Shown here piece after piece: positions 1 to 10,570 of a stretch of 64,000 nt of DNA. The translations under genes were made by a program, and so were the position numbers. The DNA lies in contig CAYOUI010000001.1 in NCBI GenBank assembly GCA_964407135.1, positions 816 through 64,815 on the forward strand, read 5' to 3'. This DNA comes from an uncultured Methylobacillus sp. (GTDB lineage Bacteria; Pseudomonadota; Gammaproteobacteria; Burkholderiales; Methylophilaceae). The notes under the pieces are model-generated. The model searched no databases. It worked only from the letters and a program-made list of their open reading frames with translations, and was not told the DNA's origin. Each line of letters starts with the position of its first letter. Position 1 is the stretch's first letter.

Positions 1-1869
1 AAAACGATTTATTTTTTTAACAAAATTAACAGGATCATCCAATTGGCCACCTTCGGACAACATTGCTTGATCAAAAATAACTGATGCATATTCATCAAAA
101 TCACTTGTTCCTTCAAATGTTTTCAATTTTTTAATCAATTTATGTTCTGTATTAATTTCAAGGGTTGGCTTATTTTCTGGTGTATTTTGACCTGCAGCCT
201 TTAAAATTCTCTCTAGATTACCTGAAATATCATGTTCGCCAACAACTAAGCATGCTGGAGAATCAGTAAGCCTATGAGTTACTTTTACATCTTTAACTTT
301 TTCTCCCAAAGATATTTTAATCTTTTCAATTAATGTTTTAGCCTTCTCTTCAATTTTTTTATTTTTTCCCTTTTCACTTGCATCTTCAAGATTACCTAGA
401 TCAAGATCGCCTTTAGCTATAGACTGGAATTTTTTATTTTTATATTCAGTTAAATTTGAAATTAACCACTCATCAACACGATCTCCTAAAAGCAAGACCT
501 CGATATTTTTTTTCTTGAATATTTCTAAATGAGGGCTATTTTTTGCTGCCATAAAAGAATCTGCAGTAATATAATAAATTACTTCTTGTTCAGGCTTCAT
601 TCTGCCTATATAGTCATCAAAAGATACACTTTGTGCATTTGTTTCATCATTTGTTGTTGAAAATCTTAATAAGCCCGCTATTTTTTCTCGATTTGTAAAA
701 TCCTCAGCAGGTCCCTCTTTTAAAACACGTCCAAATTCATTCCAGAACTTTTTGTAATCATCAGGTTTTTTCTTTGCCATATCTTCCAAAGAAGAGAGGA
801 TTTTTTTCACTGTACCAGATCGAATTGCTTCCACTGTTTTACTATCCTGTAAAATTTCTCTAGAGACATTTAATGGAAGATCGCTACTATCAATAACACC
901 CTTTATAAAACGTAAATATTGAGGCATTAATTTTTCAGTTGCTTCCATAATAAAAATACGTTTTACATATAATTTAACACCTTGATTTCTTTCTCTATCA
1001 TATAAATCAAATGGTGCTTTACTTGGAATGTAAAGTAATGAAATATATTCTTGGCTCCCCTCTACTCTATTATGGAAGTATGTTAATGGTGGCTCAGTAT
1101 CATATGAAAGGCTTTTATAAAACTCGGTGTAATCTTTTGGCTTAATATCTTTTTTATTACGAACCCAAATTGCTGATGCGTCATTAACAGTCTCATCATC
1201 ATCAGTTTTTATTGTTTCTCCATCTTTAAAATCTGCTTTTTTCATAATAATGGGTAAAGTTATATGATCAGAATATTTTTTAATAATCTCTTTTAGTCGC
1301 CAATCATCTAAAAACTCATCTTCATCTTTTTTTAAGGTTAATATAATGTCTGTACCTCGAACTTTTTTATTAATTGACTCAATTGTAAATTCTCCATCAC
1401 CCTTTGAAGTCCATCTAAAAGCATCTTTTTCGCCAGCTTTTCTTGTTTCTAAAGTAACCTCCTCGGCAATGATAAAAGACGAATAAAAACCAACACCAAA
1501 TTGCCCTATTAAATTCGCATCTTTAGCCTGGTCTCCTGACAACTTACTTAAAAATTCTTTGGTCCCTGATCTCGCTATAGTGCCAATATTATTAATAATA
1601 TCTTCACGATTCATTCCAATACCATTATCACTAATCGTAATAGTTCTATTTTTTTTGTTGTAATCAATTCTAATTTTTAACTCTGAATCATCTTCATATA
1701 ATTTACTATTATCTAAAGCTTGAAATCTTAATTTGTCTGCAGCATCACTTGCATTTGAAACTAATTCACGTATCGCAATTTCTTTATTACTATAAAGCGA
1801 ATGCACCATTAATTGTAAAAGTTGTTTAGCTTCGGCTTGAAAATTTAGCGTCTCTTTTTGTTTTGACAT
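1..1869 (-). CDS. htpG: Chaperone HtpG (Hsp90 family); last few C-terminal residues cut by the window edge
   Basis: Absent from the ORF track because it runs off the edge. My own minus-strand translation from ATG 1869..1867 reads MSKQKETLNFQAEAKQLLQLMVHSLYSNKEIAIRELVSNASDAADKLRF...GQFGVGFYSSF. The frame stays open to base 1 (...LSEGGQLDDPVNFVKKINRF). It matches the HtpG GHKL ATPase N-terminus and the C-terminal region. Confidence 0.93.
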   Translation of the reverse strand, partial: MSKQKETLNFQAEAKQLLQLMVHSLYSNKEIAIRELVSNASDAADKLRFQALDNSKLYEDDSELKIRIDYNKKNRTITISDNGIGMNREDIINNIGTIARSGTKEFLSKLSGDQAKDANLIGQFGVGFYSSFIIAEEVTLETRKAGEKDAFRWTSKGDGEFTIESINKKVRGTDIILTLKKDEDEFLDDWRLKEIIKKYSDHITLPIIMKKADFKDGETIKTDDDETVNDASAIWVRNKKDIKPKDYTEFYKSLSYDTEPPLTYFHNRVEGSQEYISLLYIPSKAPFDLYDRERNQGVKLYVKRIFIMEATEKLMPQYLRFIKGVIDSSDLPLNVSREILQDSKTVEAIRSGTVKKILSSLEDMAKKKPDDYKKFWNEFGRVLKEGPAEDFTNREKIAGLLRFSTTNDETNAQSVSFDDYIGRMKPEQEVIYYITADSFMAAKNSPHLEIFKKKNIEVLLLGDRVDEWLISNLTEYKNKKFQSIAKGDLDLGNLEDASEKGKNKKIEEKAKTLIEKIKISLGEKVKDVKVTHRLTDSPACLVVGEHDISGNLERILKAAGQNTPENKPTLEINTEHKLIKKLKTFEGTSDFDEYASVIFDQAMLSEGGQLDDPVNFVKKINRF

Positions 1870-1912
1870 ATTTAAATTATCCTAAAATATTAATTTTTGT
1901 AATATATATTTA

Positions 1913-1939
1913 TAGTGGGGATTAAAAAAAAATTTTCAA
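1913..1939 (-). promoter_or_regulatory. Sigma-32 (RpoH)-type heat-shock promoter of htpG
   Basis: The minus strand reads aTTGAA-N14-CCCCACTA, against the consensus CTTGAA-N13-15-CCCCATNT. It lies about 45 nt upstream of the htpG ATG. Confidence 0.6.
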
Positions 1940-1947
1940 TAGGGATT

Positions 1948-2694
1948 TTACAGCTTTGATAAAATATGCGACGTGGTTAAAAATGCAAAACTGGCAGTTA
2001 CATTTGCAGTAGAACCATATCCAGCACAATTAAGTCCTTTAATTGACTCATTTGATTCATAGTTTTCAGGTTTTGTAACAGCTTCTGAAGAAAATACAGT
2101 TGGTATTTTTAAATCTTGTTTAGTTTGTTTATTTTTTTTATTGAAGTATTTTCTAATCTTTATAAGTAAAGGATCTCCAAAAGCTTTCTCAAGAAAATCT
2201 ACTTTAACTAACTCAGGGTTAATTTTACCTCCTGCGGCTCCATTAATAATTAAAGAAATTTTATTATTTAAACAATACTCAGCTAAAAGAATCTTAATTT
2301 TTGTTTGATCTATTGCATCAACAACATAGTCATAATCCCTAGATATTAAGCTAGATATATTATTTTCATCTAGAAAAACATCATGACAATCAACTTTACA
2401 ATTAAAATTAATATCTAAAATTCTTGATTTCATTGCCTCTACTTTTGACTTTCCTAGAGTACTATCAAGTGCGTGAACTTGTCGATTAATATTTGATTCA
2501 GCAATATGATCCATATCTATTAGTGTTATATGCCCTATACCATGTCTTGCAAGTGACTCCCCTATCCAAGAACCAACCCCACCAATACCTATAATACATA
2601 TATGTGAAGACTGAAATATTTTAAATTTTTTTTTGCCATATAAACGGATTATTCCACTAAATCTCCTGCTAAAATCAATAGAATCAATTTTCAT
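1948..2694 (-). CDS. tcdA: ThiF/E1-like tRNA threonylcarbamoyladenosine dehydratase (TcdA/CsdL-like)
   Basis: 248 aa with a GIGGVGS nucleotide-binding loop and an NRQ motif of the ThiF/MoeB/HesA fold. The size fits TcdA. Its start overlaps the acpS stop (TAATG). Confidence 0.72.
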   Translation of the reverse strand: MKIDSIDFSRRFSGIIRLYGKKKFKIFQSSHICIIGIGGVGSWIGESLARHGIGHITLIDMDHIAESNINRQVHALDSTLGKSKVEAMKSRILDINFNCKVDCHDVFLDENNISSLISRDYDYVVDAIDQTKIKILLAEYCLNNKISLIINGAAGGKINPELVKVDFLEKAFGDPLLIKIRKYFNKKNKQTKQDLKIPTVFSSEAVTKPENYESNESIKGLNCAGYGSTANVTASFAFLTTSHILSKL

Positions 2695-3071
2695 TATTTC
2701 TCAAGAATCACAAATGCCACTGCAATATTTTTCTCATCCGAAATTGATAGATGGCAATGTTTGATGTTATGACTCTTAACCAATGAAGTAAGCTTTGGCA
2801 AAGTCTTTATTTTTGGCTTACCTAAGGTGTCATGAATAACTTCAATTGATTTAAAATTTACTGGCGATCTCATTCCAGTCCCTAAAGCTTTTGCAAATGC
2901 TTCTTTTGCTGCAAAACGTTTAGCCAAAAAATTTTCTTTAACTTTAGTTTTTTTGTAAGTAAGCAACTCTTGTGACGTTAATATTTTTTTTGCTAAAGCT
3001 TGCCCATGTTTAAAAAAGGATTCTTTAATCCTTTTGACCTCAACAACGTCTGTACCAATCCCATAAATCAT
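2694..3071 (-). CDS. acpS: Holo-[acyl-carrier-protein] synthase
   Basis: 125 aa with the IYGIGTDVVEVKRI and AAKEAFAKALGTG motifs. It shows the conserved pdxJ-acpS pairing with an ATGA overlap. Confidence 0.9.
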   Translation of the reverse strand: MIYGIGTDVVEVKRIKESFFKHGQALAKKILTSQELLTYKKTKVKENFLAKRFAAKEAFAKALGTGMRSPVNFKSIEVIHDTLGKPKIKTLPKLTSLVKSHNIKHCHLSISDEKNIAVAFVILEK

Positions 3072-3793
3072 TTAGAGATATTCATCTTAATTATTTTTTT
3101 CATATCTTTAATAGCTTTTTTCCAACCAACAAATAATGCTTCAGCAACAATTGAATGGCCAATATTTAATTCATTAATATTTTTTATTTTAACAATTTCT
3201 TTTACATTATTGTAATGAAGTCCATGACCAGCATTTATGACAAGGCCTGCTTCATGAGAAAAATTTACAGCATTTTTTATATTAGTTAGTTCTTCCAGTT
3301 TAAATTTATTGTCTTTAAGATTTGCATAATGCCCTGTATGAATTTCAATAACAGGTACGTTCATCATAATTGCTTTTTCAATATGTTCTATATTAGGAGC
3401 AATAAAGAGTGAAACTCTTATACCACCATCAGCTAATCGATCACATGCATCTTTAATTAAATTATAATTTTTTATTACATCTAAACCACCTTCAGTTGTT
3501 CTTTCTTCCCTTCTTTCTGGGACTAGACATACGTCCTGAGGTTTAACATCTAATGCTATTTTTATCATTTCATTTGTAGGAGCCAATTCAAGATTCATTT
3601 TTGTTGTTAATAAAGGCTTCAATTCATACAAATCTTGATCTTGCATATGCCTTCTATCTTCTCGTAAATGAAGAGTAATACTGTCAGCACCAGCTTTTTC
3701 AGCGTCTAATGCAGCTTTTACTACGCTTGGATAATCAGTCCCTCTTGCTTGCCTAATTGTTGCAATATGATCAATATTTACTCCAAGATACAT
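3068..3793 (-). CDS. pdxJ: Pyridoxine 5'-phosphate synthase
   Basis: 241 aa with LGVNIDHIATIRQARG and HLREDRRH signatures. Confidence 0.95.
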   Translation of the reverse strand: MYLGVNIDHIATIRQARGTDYPSVVKAALDAEKAGADSITLHLREDRRHMQDQDLYELKPLLTTKMNLELAPTNEMIKIALDVKPQDVCLVPERREERTTEGGLDVIKNYNLIKDACDRLADGGIRVSLFIAPNIEHIEKAIMMNVPVIEIHTGHYANLKDNKFKLEELTNIKNAVNFSHEAGLVINAGHGLHYNNVKEIVKIKNINELNIGHSIVAEALFVGWKKAIKDMKKIIKMNISK

Positions 3794-3796
3794 CTT

Positions 3797-4516
3797 TTAA
3801 TTATCCTTTATATTTGTAAAAAGTTTTTTTGAATTTAATGGCTTATCACCTAAGTAATAATTTATTAAATAACGCATTAATTGCTTACTTTGCAATTGAG
3901 TATTATCTTCTTTATATTCATCATTTGCCATATCTAAAAGAGTTTTCCCAAAAATCTTTACTCCATTATTAGTTTTTGATATTTCAGAAGGACCATATTC
4001 TGCTTCATAGATGTAAAATTTATCTGGAATAATTGAGTCACCATTCTCATCTTCTTTCAACGGTACTTCATAGCCTAATTCTTGAAGTAAATTTAATTCG
4101 AATCTTCTTAAAGCAGTATCAAGATTGATATCTTTTTCAAGTGTTTTCATTGTTTGGTCATAAAATTCAAAAAGTTTTTGATGAGTATCCTCTCTTGGTA
4201 ACAATCTTATAAGTAATTCATTAATATAAAAGCCACACAATAATGAACCACCTTTAAAACTTAAAAATTTATCGCACCATTCAATACTATGAAGAGTTTT
4301 TATTTCTTTTTTTCCAGACCATGTTGCTTGAAGTAACTGAAATGATTGGAGCATTCCTCTTAAAGAGGATCTAGGTCTTCTTGCACCTTTAGCAATAACA
4401 GATATCCTCCCATAATTTTTAGAAAATAATTCGGCAATAAGACTTGTCTCTTTGAAAGGATAAGTATGAAGAACATAAATAGATTCATTTTCTTTTTTTT
4501 TATTGGTTGATATCAT
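3797..4516 (-). CDS. recO: DNA repair protein RecO
   Basis: 239 aa with an OB-fold-type N-terminus (YVLHTYPFKETSLI...KGARRP). It sits between era and pdxJ, as in E. coli. Confidence 0.85.
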   Translation of the reverse strand: MISTNKKKENESIYVLHTYPFKETSLIAELFSKNYGRISVIAKGARRPRSSLRGMLQSFQLLQATWSGKKEIKTLHSIEWCDKFLSFKGGSLLCGFYINELLIRLLPREDTHQKLFEFYDQTMKTLEKDINLDTALRRFELNLLQELGYEVPLKEDENGDSIIPDKFYIYEAEYGPSEISKTNNGVKIFGKTLLDMANDEYKEDNTQLQSKQLMRYLINYYLGDKPLNSKKLFTNIKDN

Positions 4517-4517
4517 T

Positions 4518-5399
4518 TTATAATCCTAGAGATTTTAATGCTCTTAAATCATCTGACCAACCTTTTTGGACTTTTACCCATGTTTCAAGCCAAACTTTTC
4601 CATTAAATAATTTTTCCATATCTATCCTTGCGCTTGAAGAAATCTCTTTTAATCTTATTCCCTTATTACCAATAATAATTGGTTTATGAGCATCTCTTTC
4701 AACTATAATTGCAGCGAAGATTCTACGAATATTATCTTCATGCTCAAACTTTTCTATTTCTACAGCAACTGAATAAGGTATTTCTTGTCCAGTTAATCTA
4801 AAAATTTTTTCACGAATTATTTCGGCAGCCAAAAATCTTTCATTTTTATCTGTTATTTGATCATCTTCATAAATAAATCTTTGCTCAGGAAGAAATTTTC
4901 GAGCACTTTCCAAAAGTTCTTTTAAATTACTTTCTTTTTTAACACTTGTCGGAATAATTTCTTTAAAGCGACTATTATCTTTAAATTCATTTATTAATTG
5001 TAAAATTTTTGATTTATCTTTAAGGCGATCAATTTTATTTATTACAAGTATTACAGGTGTATTTTCTGGAATCATCTGAAGTATTTTTGAATCAATCTCG
5101 TCCATTTTTTTTGGCTCAATTAAAAATAAAATAACATTTACGTTCTGAAGAGCCTGTTTGACTGTTTTATTCAAATTCTTATTTAATGTATTGAGATGTT
5201 TCAATTGATAGCCTGGAGTATCTATAAATATGAACTGTGTTTCCGATAAGGTATGTATACCTAATAATTGATAACGTGTCGTCTGAGCCTTACGGGAAGT
5301 TATACTTAATTTTGTTCCGATAAAATAATTTAACATAGTTGATTTACCGACATTCGGTTGACCCACTATGGCAATTGTTCCACATCTTTTTTTCATCAA
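4518..5399 (-). CDS. era: GTPase Era
   Basis: Carries G1 GQPNVGKST, G3 DTPG and G4 NKID motifs plus a C-terminal KH region. It overlaps rnc by 4 nt. Confidence 0.95.
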   Translation of the reverse strand: MMKKRCGTIAIVGQPNVGKSTMLNYFIGTKLSITSRKAQTTRYQLLGIHTLSETQFIFIDTPGYQLKHLNTLNKNLNKTVKQALQNVNVILFLIEPKKMDEIDSKILQMIPENTPVILVINKIDRLKDKSKILQLINEFKDNSRFKEIIPTSVKKESNLKELLESARKFLPEQRFIYEDDQITDKNERFLAAEIIREKIFRLTGQEIPYSVAVEIEKFEHEDNIRRIFAAIIVERDAHKPIIIGNKGIRLKEISSSARIDMEKLFNGKVWLETWVKVQKGWSDDLRALKSLGL

Positions 5400-6100
5400 T
5401 TAAGAATCTTTTTCAACTTTTTTAACATTTCTTCTGCAGCACCTTGTTCAGCAATTTTTCTGCTAGACCCCTCTCCCTCTATACTTATTTCTAGTTTTGG
5501 TATAACACAGTTAACTTTAAAATATTGGCAATGAGCCTCACCTTCAATTGAAACAACTTCATAATCTGGTAAGGGAATTTTTCTTGCTTGAAGTAATTCT
5601 TGAAGAATAGATTTTGAATCTTTTTTAATATCATTAGGGTTTATAGAGTCGATTCTATCTTTAAACCATTCTGTTATTAACTTTTGAGAGGCTGCTATTC
5701 CCCCATCAATAAATACAGCTCCAATAATTGCCTCAACAGAATCTGCTAATATAGATGGCCTTCTCCAACCGGAACTCTTTAACTCGCCTTCACCTAGAAT
5801 CAAATAGTCTCCTAAATTCAATAAAATTCCAATCTCACTTAAGGTAGCTGATTTGACTAATTGAGAACGTAAACGACTCAAATCACCTTCTGGTAACAAA
5901 TTAAATTTTTTAAAAAGTAAGTCAGCAATTATAAAATTTAAAATACTATCTCCAAGAAACTCTAGTCTTTCATTATTTTTACCTTGAAAACTTCTATGCG
6001 TAAGAGCTAATTCCAACAAATTATTATCATTAAAATTATAATTAAGAATTTTTTCTAAGTTATGAATGTTTTTTTTAACCATTTTAATTATTTTATCCAA
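5396..6100 (-). CDS. rnc: Ribonuclease III
   Basis: Has the ERLEFLGDS catalytic signature and a C-terminal dsRNA-binding domain. The real start may be M7 (ATG at 6082), which would match E. coli length and remove the 13-nt overlap with lepB. Confidence 0.93.
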   Translation of the reverse strand: MDKIIKMVKKNIHNLEKILNYNFNDNNLLELALTHRSFQGKNNERLEFLGDSILNFIIADLLFKKFNLLPEGDLSRLRSQLVKSATLSEIGILLNLGDYLILGEGELKSSGWRRPSILADSVEAIIGAVFIDGGIAASQKLITEWFKDRIDSINPNDIKKDSKSILQELLQARKIPLPDYEVVSIEGEAHCQYFKVNCVIPKLEISIEGEGSSRKIAEQGAAEEMLKKLKKILN

Positions 6101-6831
6101 GTTCCAATTCGATTAAATTCTGAAAAATTAAGCCAAATAAAAAATGCCTTACCCACTAATAATTCATCTGGCACAAAACCCCAAACTCTGCTGTCAGAAG
6201 AATTGTCTCTATTATCTCCCATAGCAAAATAGTAACCTTCTGGAACATTAAATTTATAATTTTCACTTGGAATATCATGTATTAAGATGGAATACTTAGA
6301 ATTATTTAGTTCTTCAATAAATTCACTAGCATCAAGACTTTCATCGTCATTAAAAGCATAAGAATATTTGGATTGAAAAGTTTTATTTATAGCCTCTCCA
6401 TTAATAAAAAGTTGTTTATTCTCATATCTAATTTCATCTCCAGGTAAGCCAATTACCCTTTTTATATAATCAATTGAGGGATTTTTTGGGTAGTGAAAAA
6501 CAAAAATATCGCCACGATTTGGTGTTCCTAAATTTATTAATATTTTATTCCATATTGGAAAACGAACACCATAAGCGAATTTGTTAACAACAATAAAATC
6601 ACCAGCAATAAGAGTTGGCATCATAGAGCCTGAAGGAATTTTAAATGGTTCAACAATAAAAGATCGTATAATAAAAACTGCTAATAAAATTGGGAAAAAA
6701 CTTTTTCCATATTCAATAAATAATGAGGGTTTTTGACTTTTTGATCTTATTTTTTTAAGTACCAAAAGATCTAAAAAATATATTATTCCAGTAATGAATG
6801 TAGCTGCCATTAATAATTTTACAAAAATCAT
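6088..6831 (-). CDS. lepB: Signal peptidase I
   Basis: Has an N-terminal TM segment and the SGSMMPTL (catalytic Ser), KRVIGLPGD (Lys) and [11 protein letters not shown] boxes. Confidence 0.92.
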   Translation of the reverse strand: MIFVKLLMAATFITGIIYFLDLLVLKKIRSKSQKPSLFIEYGKSFFPILLAVFIIRSFIVEPFKIPSGSMMPTLIAGDFIVVNKFAYGVRFPIWNKILINLGTPNRGDIFVFHYPKNPSIDYIKRVIGLPGDEIRYENKQLFINGEAINKTFQSKYSYAFNDDESLDASEFIEELNNSKYSILIHDIPSENYKFNVPEGYYFAMGDNRDNSSDSRVWGFVPDELLVGKAFFIWLNFSEFNRIGTWIK

Positions 6832-8621
6832 TTGTCATCAACCTTTAAAATTGCAAGGAAAGCTTCTTGAGGAATCTCTACATTACCAATCTGCTTCATT
6901 CTTTTTTTACCTGCTTTTTGTTTTTCAAGTAATTTTCTCTTCCTTGATACATCACCACCATAACATTTAGCAAGGACATTTTTTCTCATTGCTTTAACTG
7001 TTTCTCTAGCTATAATATTTGCACCTATCGCTGATTGAATAGCAACATCAAACATTTGTCTTGGTATAAGTTGTCTCATTTTGGCAGCTAATTCTCTACC
7101 TCTGTATATACTATTAGACCTATGAACAATCAAAGAAAGTGCATCTACCCTTTCCCCGTTAACCATAATATCCAACTTTACTAAATCGGCAGGACGAAAT
7201 TCTAAGAATTCATAATCCATAGATGCATAACCTCTTGAAATTGATTTAAGTTTATCAAAAAAATCAAGAACAACTTCACTTAAAGGAATTTCATATGTAA
7301 TCATGACTTGTCTACCTAAATATTGCATATTTTTTTGAATTCCTCTTTTATCATTAGTTAGACTCATTACAGGTCCTACATAATCATTGGGTAAAAGAAC
7401 ATTTAAATTTATAATTGGTTCTCGAATTTCCTCTATAACAGATAAATCAGGCAATCTAGAGGGATTTTCTATTAATTTAGTTTTACCATCTTTTAATAAC
7501 AATTCGTAAATTACAGTTGGAGCTGTTGTTATCAAATCCATTTCATATTCTCTTTCAAGACGTTCTTGAATGATATCCATATGCAAAAGCCCAAGAAAAC
7601 CACACCTAAAGCCATAACCTAACGCACTAGAGTTTTCTGGTTCAAAATACAATGATGCATCATTTAATCTTAATTTTTCAAGCGCTGTTCTAAGAGCTTC
7701 GAATTGATTGGATTCAATCGGATAAAGTCCCGCAAAAACTTGAGGTTTTACTTCCTTAAAATCTGGAAATGCTTCAATAGCTCTATTTTTTGCGAGTGTA
7801 ACAGTATCGCCAACCTTAGCATTGTCTAATTCCTTAATTCCACAAATAATAAAACCAACCTCACCTGCATTTAAATTTTTTTTATTTAACGCTTTTGGAG
7901 TAAAAATACCAACTTGTTCACAAATAAATTCTGCTGAAGTTGCCATCAAATGAATTTTATCCTTAGGCTGTATTTTCCCATCAACAACTCTTACAAGCAT
8001 CACAACACCAACATAATTATCAAACCAAGCATCAATAATAATTGCTTTTAAAGGTTTATTTGGGTCGCCAGAGGGATTTGGTATTCTTTGAATAATGGCC
8101 TCTAAAGCTTCATCGATGCCTATTCCATTTTTTGCTGAACATAAAATAGTATTTTGTGCGTCTATACCAATAACATCTTCAATCTCCTTTTTTACTCTTT
8201 CAGGATCTGCCGATGGTAAATCAATTTTGTTTAGCACAGGAAAAACTTCCAAATTCTGATCTAAAGCTGTATAACAATTTGCTACTGTTTGAGCTTCAAC
8301 GCCTTGAGAAGAATCTACAACTAGAATAGCCCCCTCACATGCGGCCAATGATCTACTAACTTCATAAGAAAAATCTACATGTCCAGGTGTATCGATTAAA
8401 TTAAGTGTATACACATTTTTATCTTTAGACTTGTAATTCAAAGTTACAGTTTGAGCTTTAATCGTTATACCTCTCTCGCGCTCAAGATCCATAGAATCTA
8501 AAACCTGTTCTTCCATCTCTCTTTCGGCAAGACCGCCACAATGCTGGATGATTCGATCTGCTAAGGTAGATTTACCATGATCAATATGGGCGATAATAGA
8601 AAAGTTTCTTATATTTTTCAT
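6828..8621 (-). CDS. lepA: Elongation factor 4 (LepA)
   Basis: GTPase motifs [17 protein letters not shown] and NKID. I trimmed the start from the track's 8651 to ATG 8621 ([18 protein letters not shown]). The 10-codon extension would run through the terminator hairpin at 8642..8662. Confidence 0.95.
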   Translation of the reverse strand: MKNIRNFSIIAHIDHGKSTLADRIIQHCGGLAEREMEEQVLDSMDLERERGITIKAQTVTLNYKSKDKNVYTLNLIDTPGHVDFSYEVSRSLAACEGAILVVDSSQGVEAQTVANCYTALDQNLEVFPVLNKIDLPSADPERVKKEIEDVIGIDAQNTILCSAKNGIGIDEALEAIIQRIPNPSGDPNKPLKAIIIDAWFDNYVGVVMLVRVVDGKIQPKDKIHLMATSAEFICEQVGIFTPKALNKKNLNAGEVGFIICGIKELDNAKVGDTVTLAKNRAIEAFPDFKEVKPQVFAGLYPIESNQFEALRTALEKLRLNDASLYFEPENSSALGYGFRCGFLGLLHMDIIQERLEREYEMDLITTAPTVIYELLLKDGKTKLIENPSRLPDLSVIEEIREPIINLNVLLPNDYVGPVMSLTNDKRGIQKNMQYLGRQVMITYEIPLSEVVLDFFDKLKSISRGYASMDYEFLEFRPADLVKLDIMVNGERVDALSLIVHRSNSIYRGRELAAKMRQLIPRQMFDVAIQSAIGANIIARETVKAMRKNVLAKCYGGDVSRKRKLLEKQKAGKKRMKQIGNVEIPQEAFLAILKVDDK

Positions 8622-8641
8622 AGAAATTATTTTAAAAAAAT

Positions 8642-8662
8642 AAAGGCGCAAAACGCGCCTTT
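8642..8662 (-). terminator. Intrinsic terminator downstream of degP
   Basis: An 8-bp GC-rich stem (AAAGGCGC/GCGCCTTT) with a 5-nt loop. On the minus strand it is followed by ATTTTTTTAAAA. Confidence 0.7.
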
Positions 8663-8704
8663 AACAAATGTGATTTTACTACAATGAATATTTTTTAATA
8701 AAAT

Positions 8705-10108
8705 TTATTTAGTTACCTTTACTGGAACAAAAAGAGTATCTCCATTTCGATATAATAAAATAGCAATAACTTTTCCTTCTGGTATTTTTCTCAAATCCTT
8801 ATTAAAAGACTGAATTGATTTTACTGGTGTATTATTTACTACTAAAATAATATCCCCTTTCAAAATTCCAGCAGATGCAGCAGAACCTTTAACATCTGAT
8901 ACTAAAAGACCGTTTCTTCTACCTATTCGCTTCTTTTGTTCAGGGGTTAATTTTTGCAAGGCTATCCCAACACGATTAAATTTATTTTGCTTTCTTTCAT
9001 TTTTTGAAGAGGCAACTTTTTGATTTGAAGGCATAGTTCCAACCTTAATTTGAAGAGATATAATTTTACCTTTTCTAAGTATCTCAACTGGAACAGTTGT
9101 ATTAGGCTTGGTGATACCCACATATCTTGGAAGATCTGAAGATTTATTAATAATATTATTATTAAACTTTAGAATCACATCACCAGGAAGAAGTCCCCCT
9201 TTAGACGCAGGAGATTTTTTTTCTACACCCGCAACAAGTGCGCCATTTGTATTTTTCATACCAAATGACTCAGATAATTCTTTGGTGATTTCTTGAATAA
9301 CAATACCTAGCCATCCTCGAATGACTTTTCCATTTGTCTTTAATTGATCAGCAACGTCTATTGCTACATCAATAGGTATAGCAAAAGATAGCCCCATTGA
9401 CCCACCAGTTTTGCTGTAAATTTGGGAATTAATTCCAATTACATGCCCATTAGTATCAAAAAGAGGCCCTCCAGAATTTCCAGGGTTGATTGCAACATCT
9501 GTTTGAATGAAAGGGACAAAATTTTCCTGTGGTAACGCTCTATTAATAGCGCTTATTATTCCTACTGTCATAGTATTTTCTAGACCGAATGGCGACCCAA
9601 TTGCGGCAACCCATTGGCCTACTTTGATATTATTAGAATTACCTAATGTTACTTTAGGTAGATTTTTAGCTTTAATTTTAAGAAGCGCAACATCTGTTCT
9701 TCTATCAAGCCCTACAACTTCCGCTTTAAATTCTCGCTTATCTTTGAGTTTAACAATGACTGAACCCCCTTGAGCAATAACATGTGCATTAGTAACAACG
9801 TAACCATTATTTTCTATAATAAAACCTGACCCAGTCCCAGAAATTGGTTTTTTTTGTTGTTCGCTACCTGGAGGCGTCATACCAGGAAATCCAGGAATAC
9901 CGAACCTCTTAAAAAATTCTTGGAGCTGCTCCTCTTCTCTACTCAGTCTAATATTTTGATTAACTTGTTCATCATTAAGTACAGTTATATTTACTACAGT
10001 ATTTCCTTGCTCCTCAGCAATTACTGAAAAATCTGGTAAGCTAACCGCATGCACATTACTAAAAAAAAGTAATATCAATAAAAATAAATTAAAGCTGTAA
10101 CGTTTCAT
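8705..10108 (-). CDS. degP: Periplasmic serine endoprotease, HtrA/DegP/MucD family
   Basis: Has a signal peptide, a trypsin-like core (TNAHV ... GNSGGPL) and two PDZ-like C-terminal domains. It lies 22 nt downstream of rseC, as in algU-mucABCD clusters. Confidence 0.9.
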   Translation of the reverse strand: MKRYSFNLFLLILLFFSNVHAVSLPDFSVIAEEQGNTVVNITVLNDEQVNQNIRLSREEEQLQEFFKRFGIPGFPGMTPPGSEQQKKPISGTGSGFIIENNGYVVTNAHVIAQGGSVIVKLKDKREFKAEVVGLDRRTDVALLKIKAKNLPKVTLGNSNNIKVGQWVAAIGSPFGLENTMTVGIISAINRALPQENFVPFIQTDVAINPGNSGGPLFDTNGHVIGINSQIYSKTGGSMGLSFAIPIDVAIDVADQLKTNGKVIRGWLGIVIQEITKELSESFGMKNTNGALVAGVEKKSPASKGGLLPGDVILKFNNNIINKSSDLPRYVGITKPNTTVPVEILRKGKIISLQIKVGTMPSNQKVASSKNERKQNKFNRVGIALQKLTPEQKKRIGRRNGLLVSDVKGSAASAGILKGDIILVVNNTPVKSIQSFNKDLRKIPEGKVIAILLYRNGDTLFVPVKVTK

Positions 10109-10130
10109 ATTTATTTAAATCCTTTATAAA

Positions 10131-10565
10131 TTAATCTATTTTAACAAGCATTGCTTCACTAAATAATTTGGTATGGTTTTGCATGGTAATAAACTTTAGT
10201 AAAAAAATTCCTATCAAAAATCCAATAACTCCACCAAAAAATACCAACAAATCATTGTTTACTGCTAAGAAATATTCTGTAGTAATCATTCCAGTAAATA
10301 AAAAAAATAAGGGTAAACCATAAAGTAATAAAGAAGATTTTAATAAGTAATTATCTTCAATAACTAACTTAACTTTCTCGCCGACTTTTGCATTGATTTT
10401 ATTTCTAATCTGTATTTTTCTTTTTTGAAATGAGAAAACTTTACCCCAAATACTATTTCCACAACCTTGGGTTTTCCCACAAAGTCCACATGGCTTGGTT
10501 CTTATAACATCAAGTTCTGCAAACCCATCTTTTTGACTAATAACTATTGCTTCTTCTTCAATCAT
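10131..10565 (-). CDS. rseC: Sigma-E factor regulatory protein RseC/MucC
   Basis: 144 aa with an N-terminal Cys cluster (CGLCGKTQGCG) followed by two hydrophobic helices. Positioned after rseB. Confidence 0.75.
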   Translation of the reverse strand: MIEEEAIVISQKDGFAELDVIRTKPCGLCGKTQGCGNSIWGKVFSFQKRKIQIRNKINAKVGEKVKLVIEDNYLLKSSLLLYGLPLFFLFTGMITTEYFLAVNNDLLVFFGGVIGFLIGIFLLKFITMQNHTKLFSEAMLVKID

Positions 10566-10570
10566 AACTT

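Noticed and set aside
3000-3215. Short ORFs from the track lying antisense to or out of frame with confident genes: 3000..3215, 4507..4689, 9108..9296, 9507..9773, 16056..16355, 16262..16462, 16794..16982, 18822..19130, 22931..23221, 24679..24870, 28813..29037, 32004..32192, 32539..32832, 35045..35236, 35789..36325, 38069..38368, 38708..38905, 39050..39271, 42504..42704, 49184..49414, 50695..51018, 51856..52059, 54009..54224, 56690..56878, 57405..57611, 58278..58541, 59958..60152, 60866..61216
   Set aside because: All are embedded in strongly supported genes. Their compositions are low-complexity and Ile/Phe/Ser/Leu-rich, as expected when AT-rich coding DNA is read in the wrong frame. They have no recognisable motifs and no ribosome-binding sites.
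8622-8651. Ten-codon N-terminal extension of lepA ([10 protein letters not shown]) in the ORF track
   Set aside because: The extension would be translated through the degP terminator hairpin. LepA homology begins at [18 protein letters not shown].
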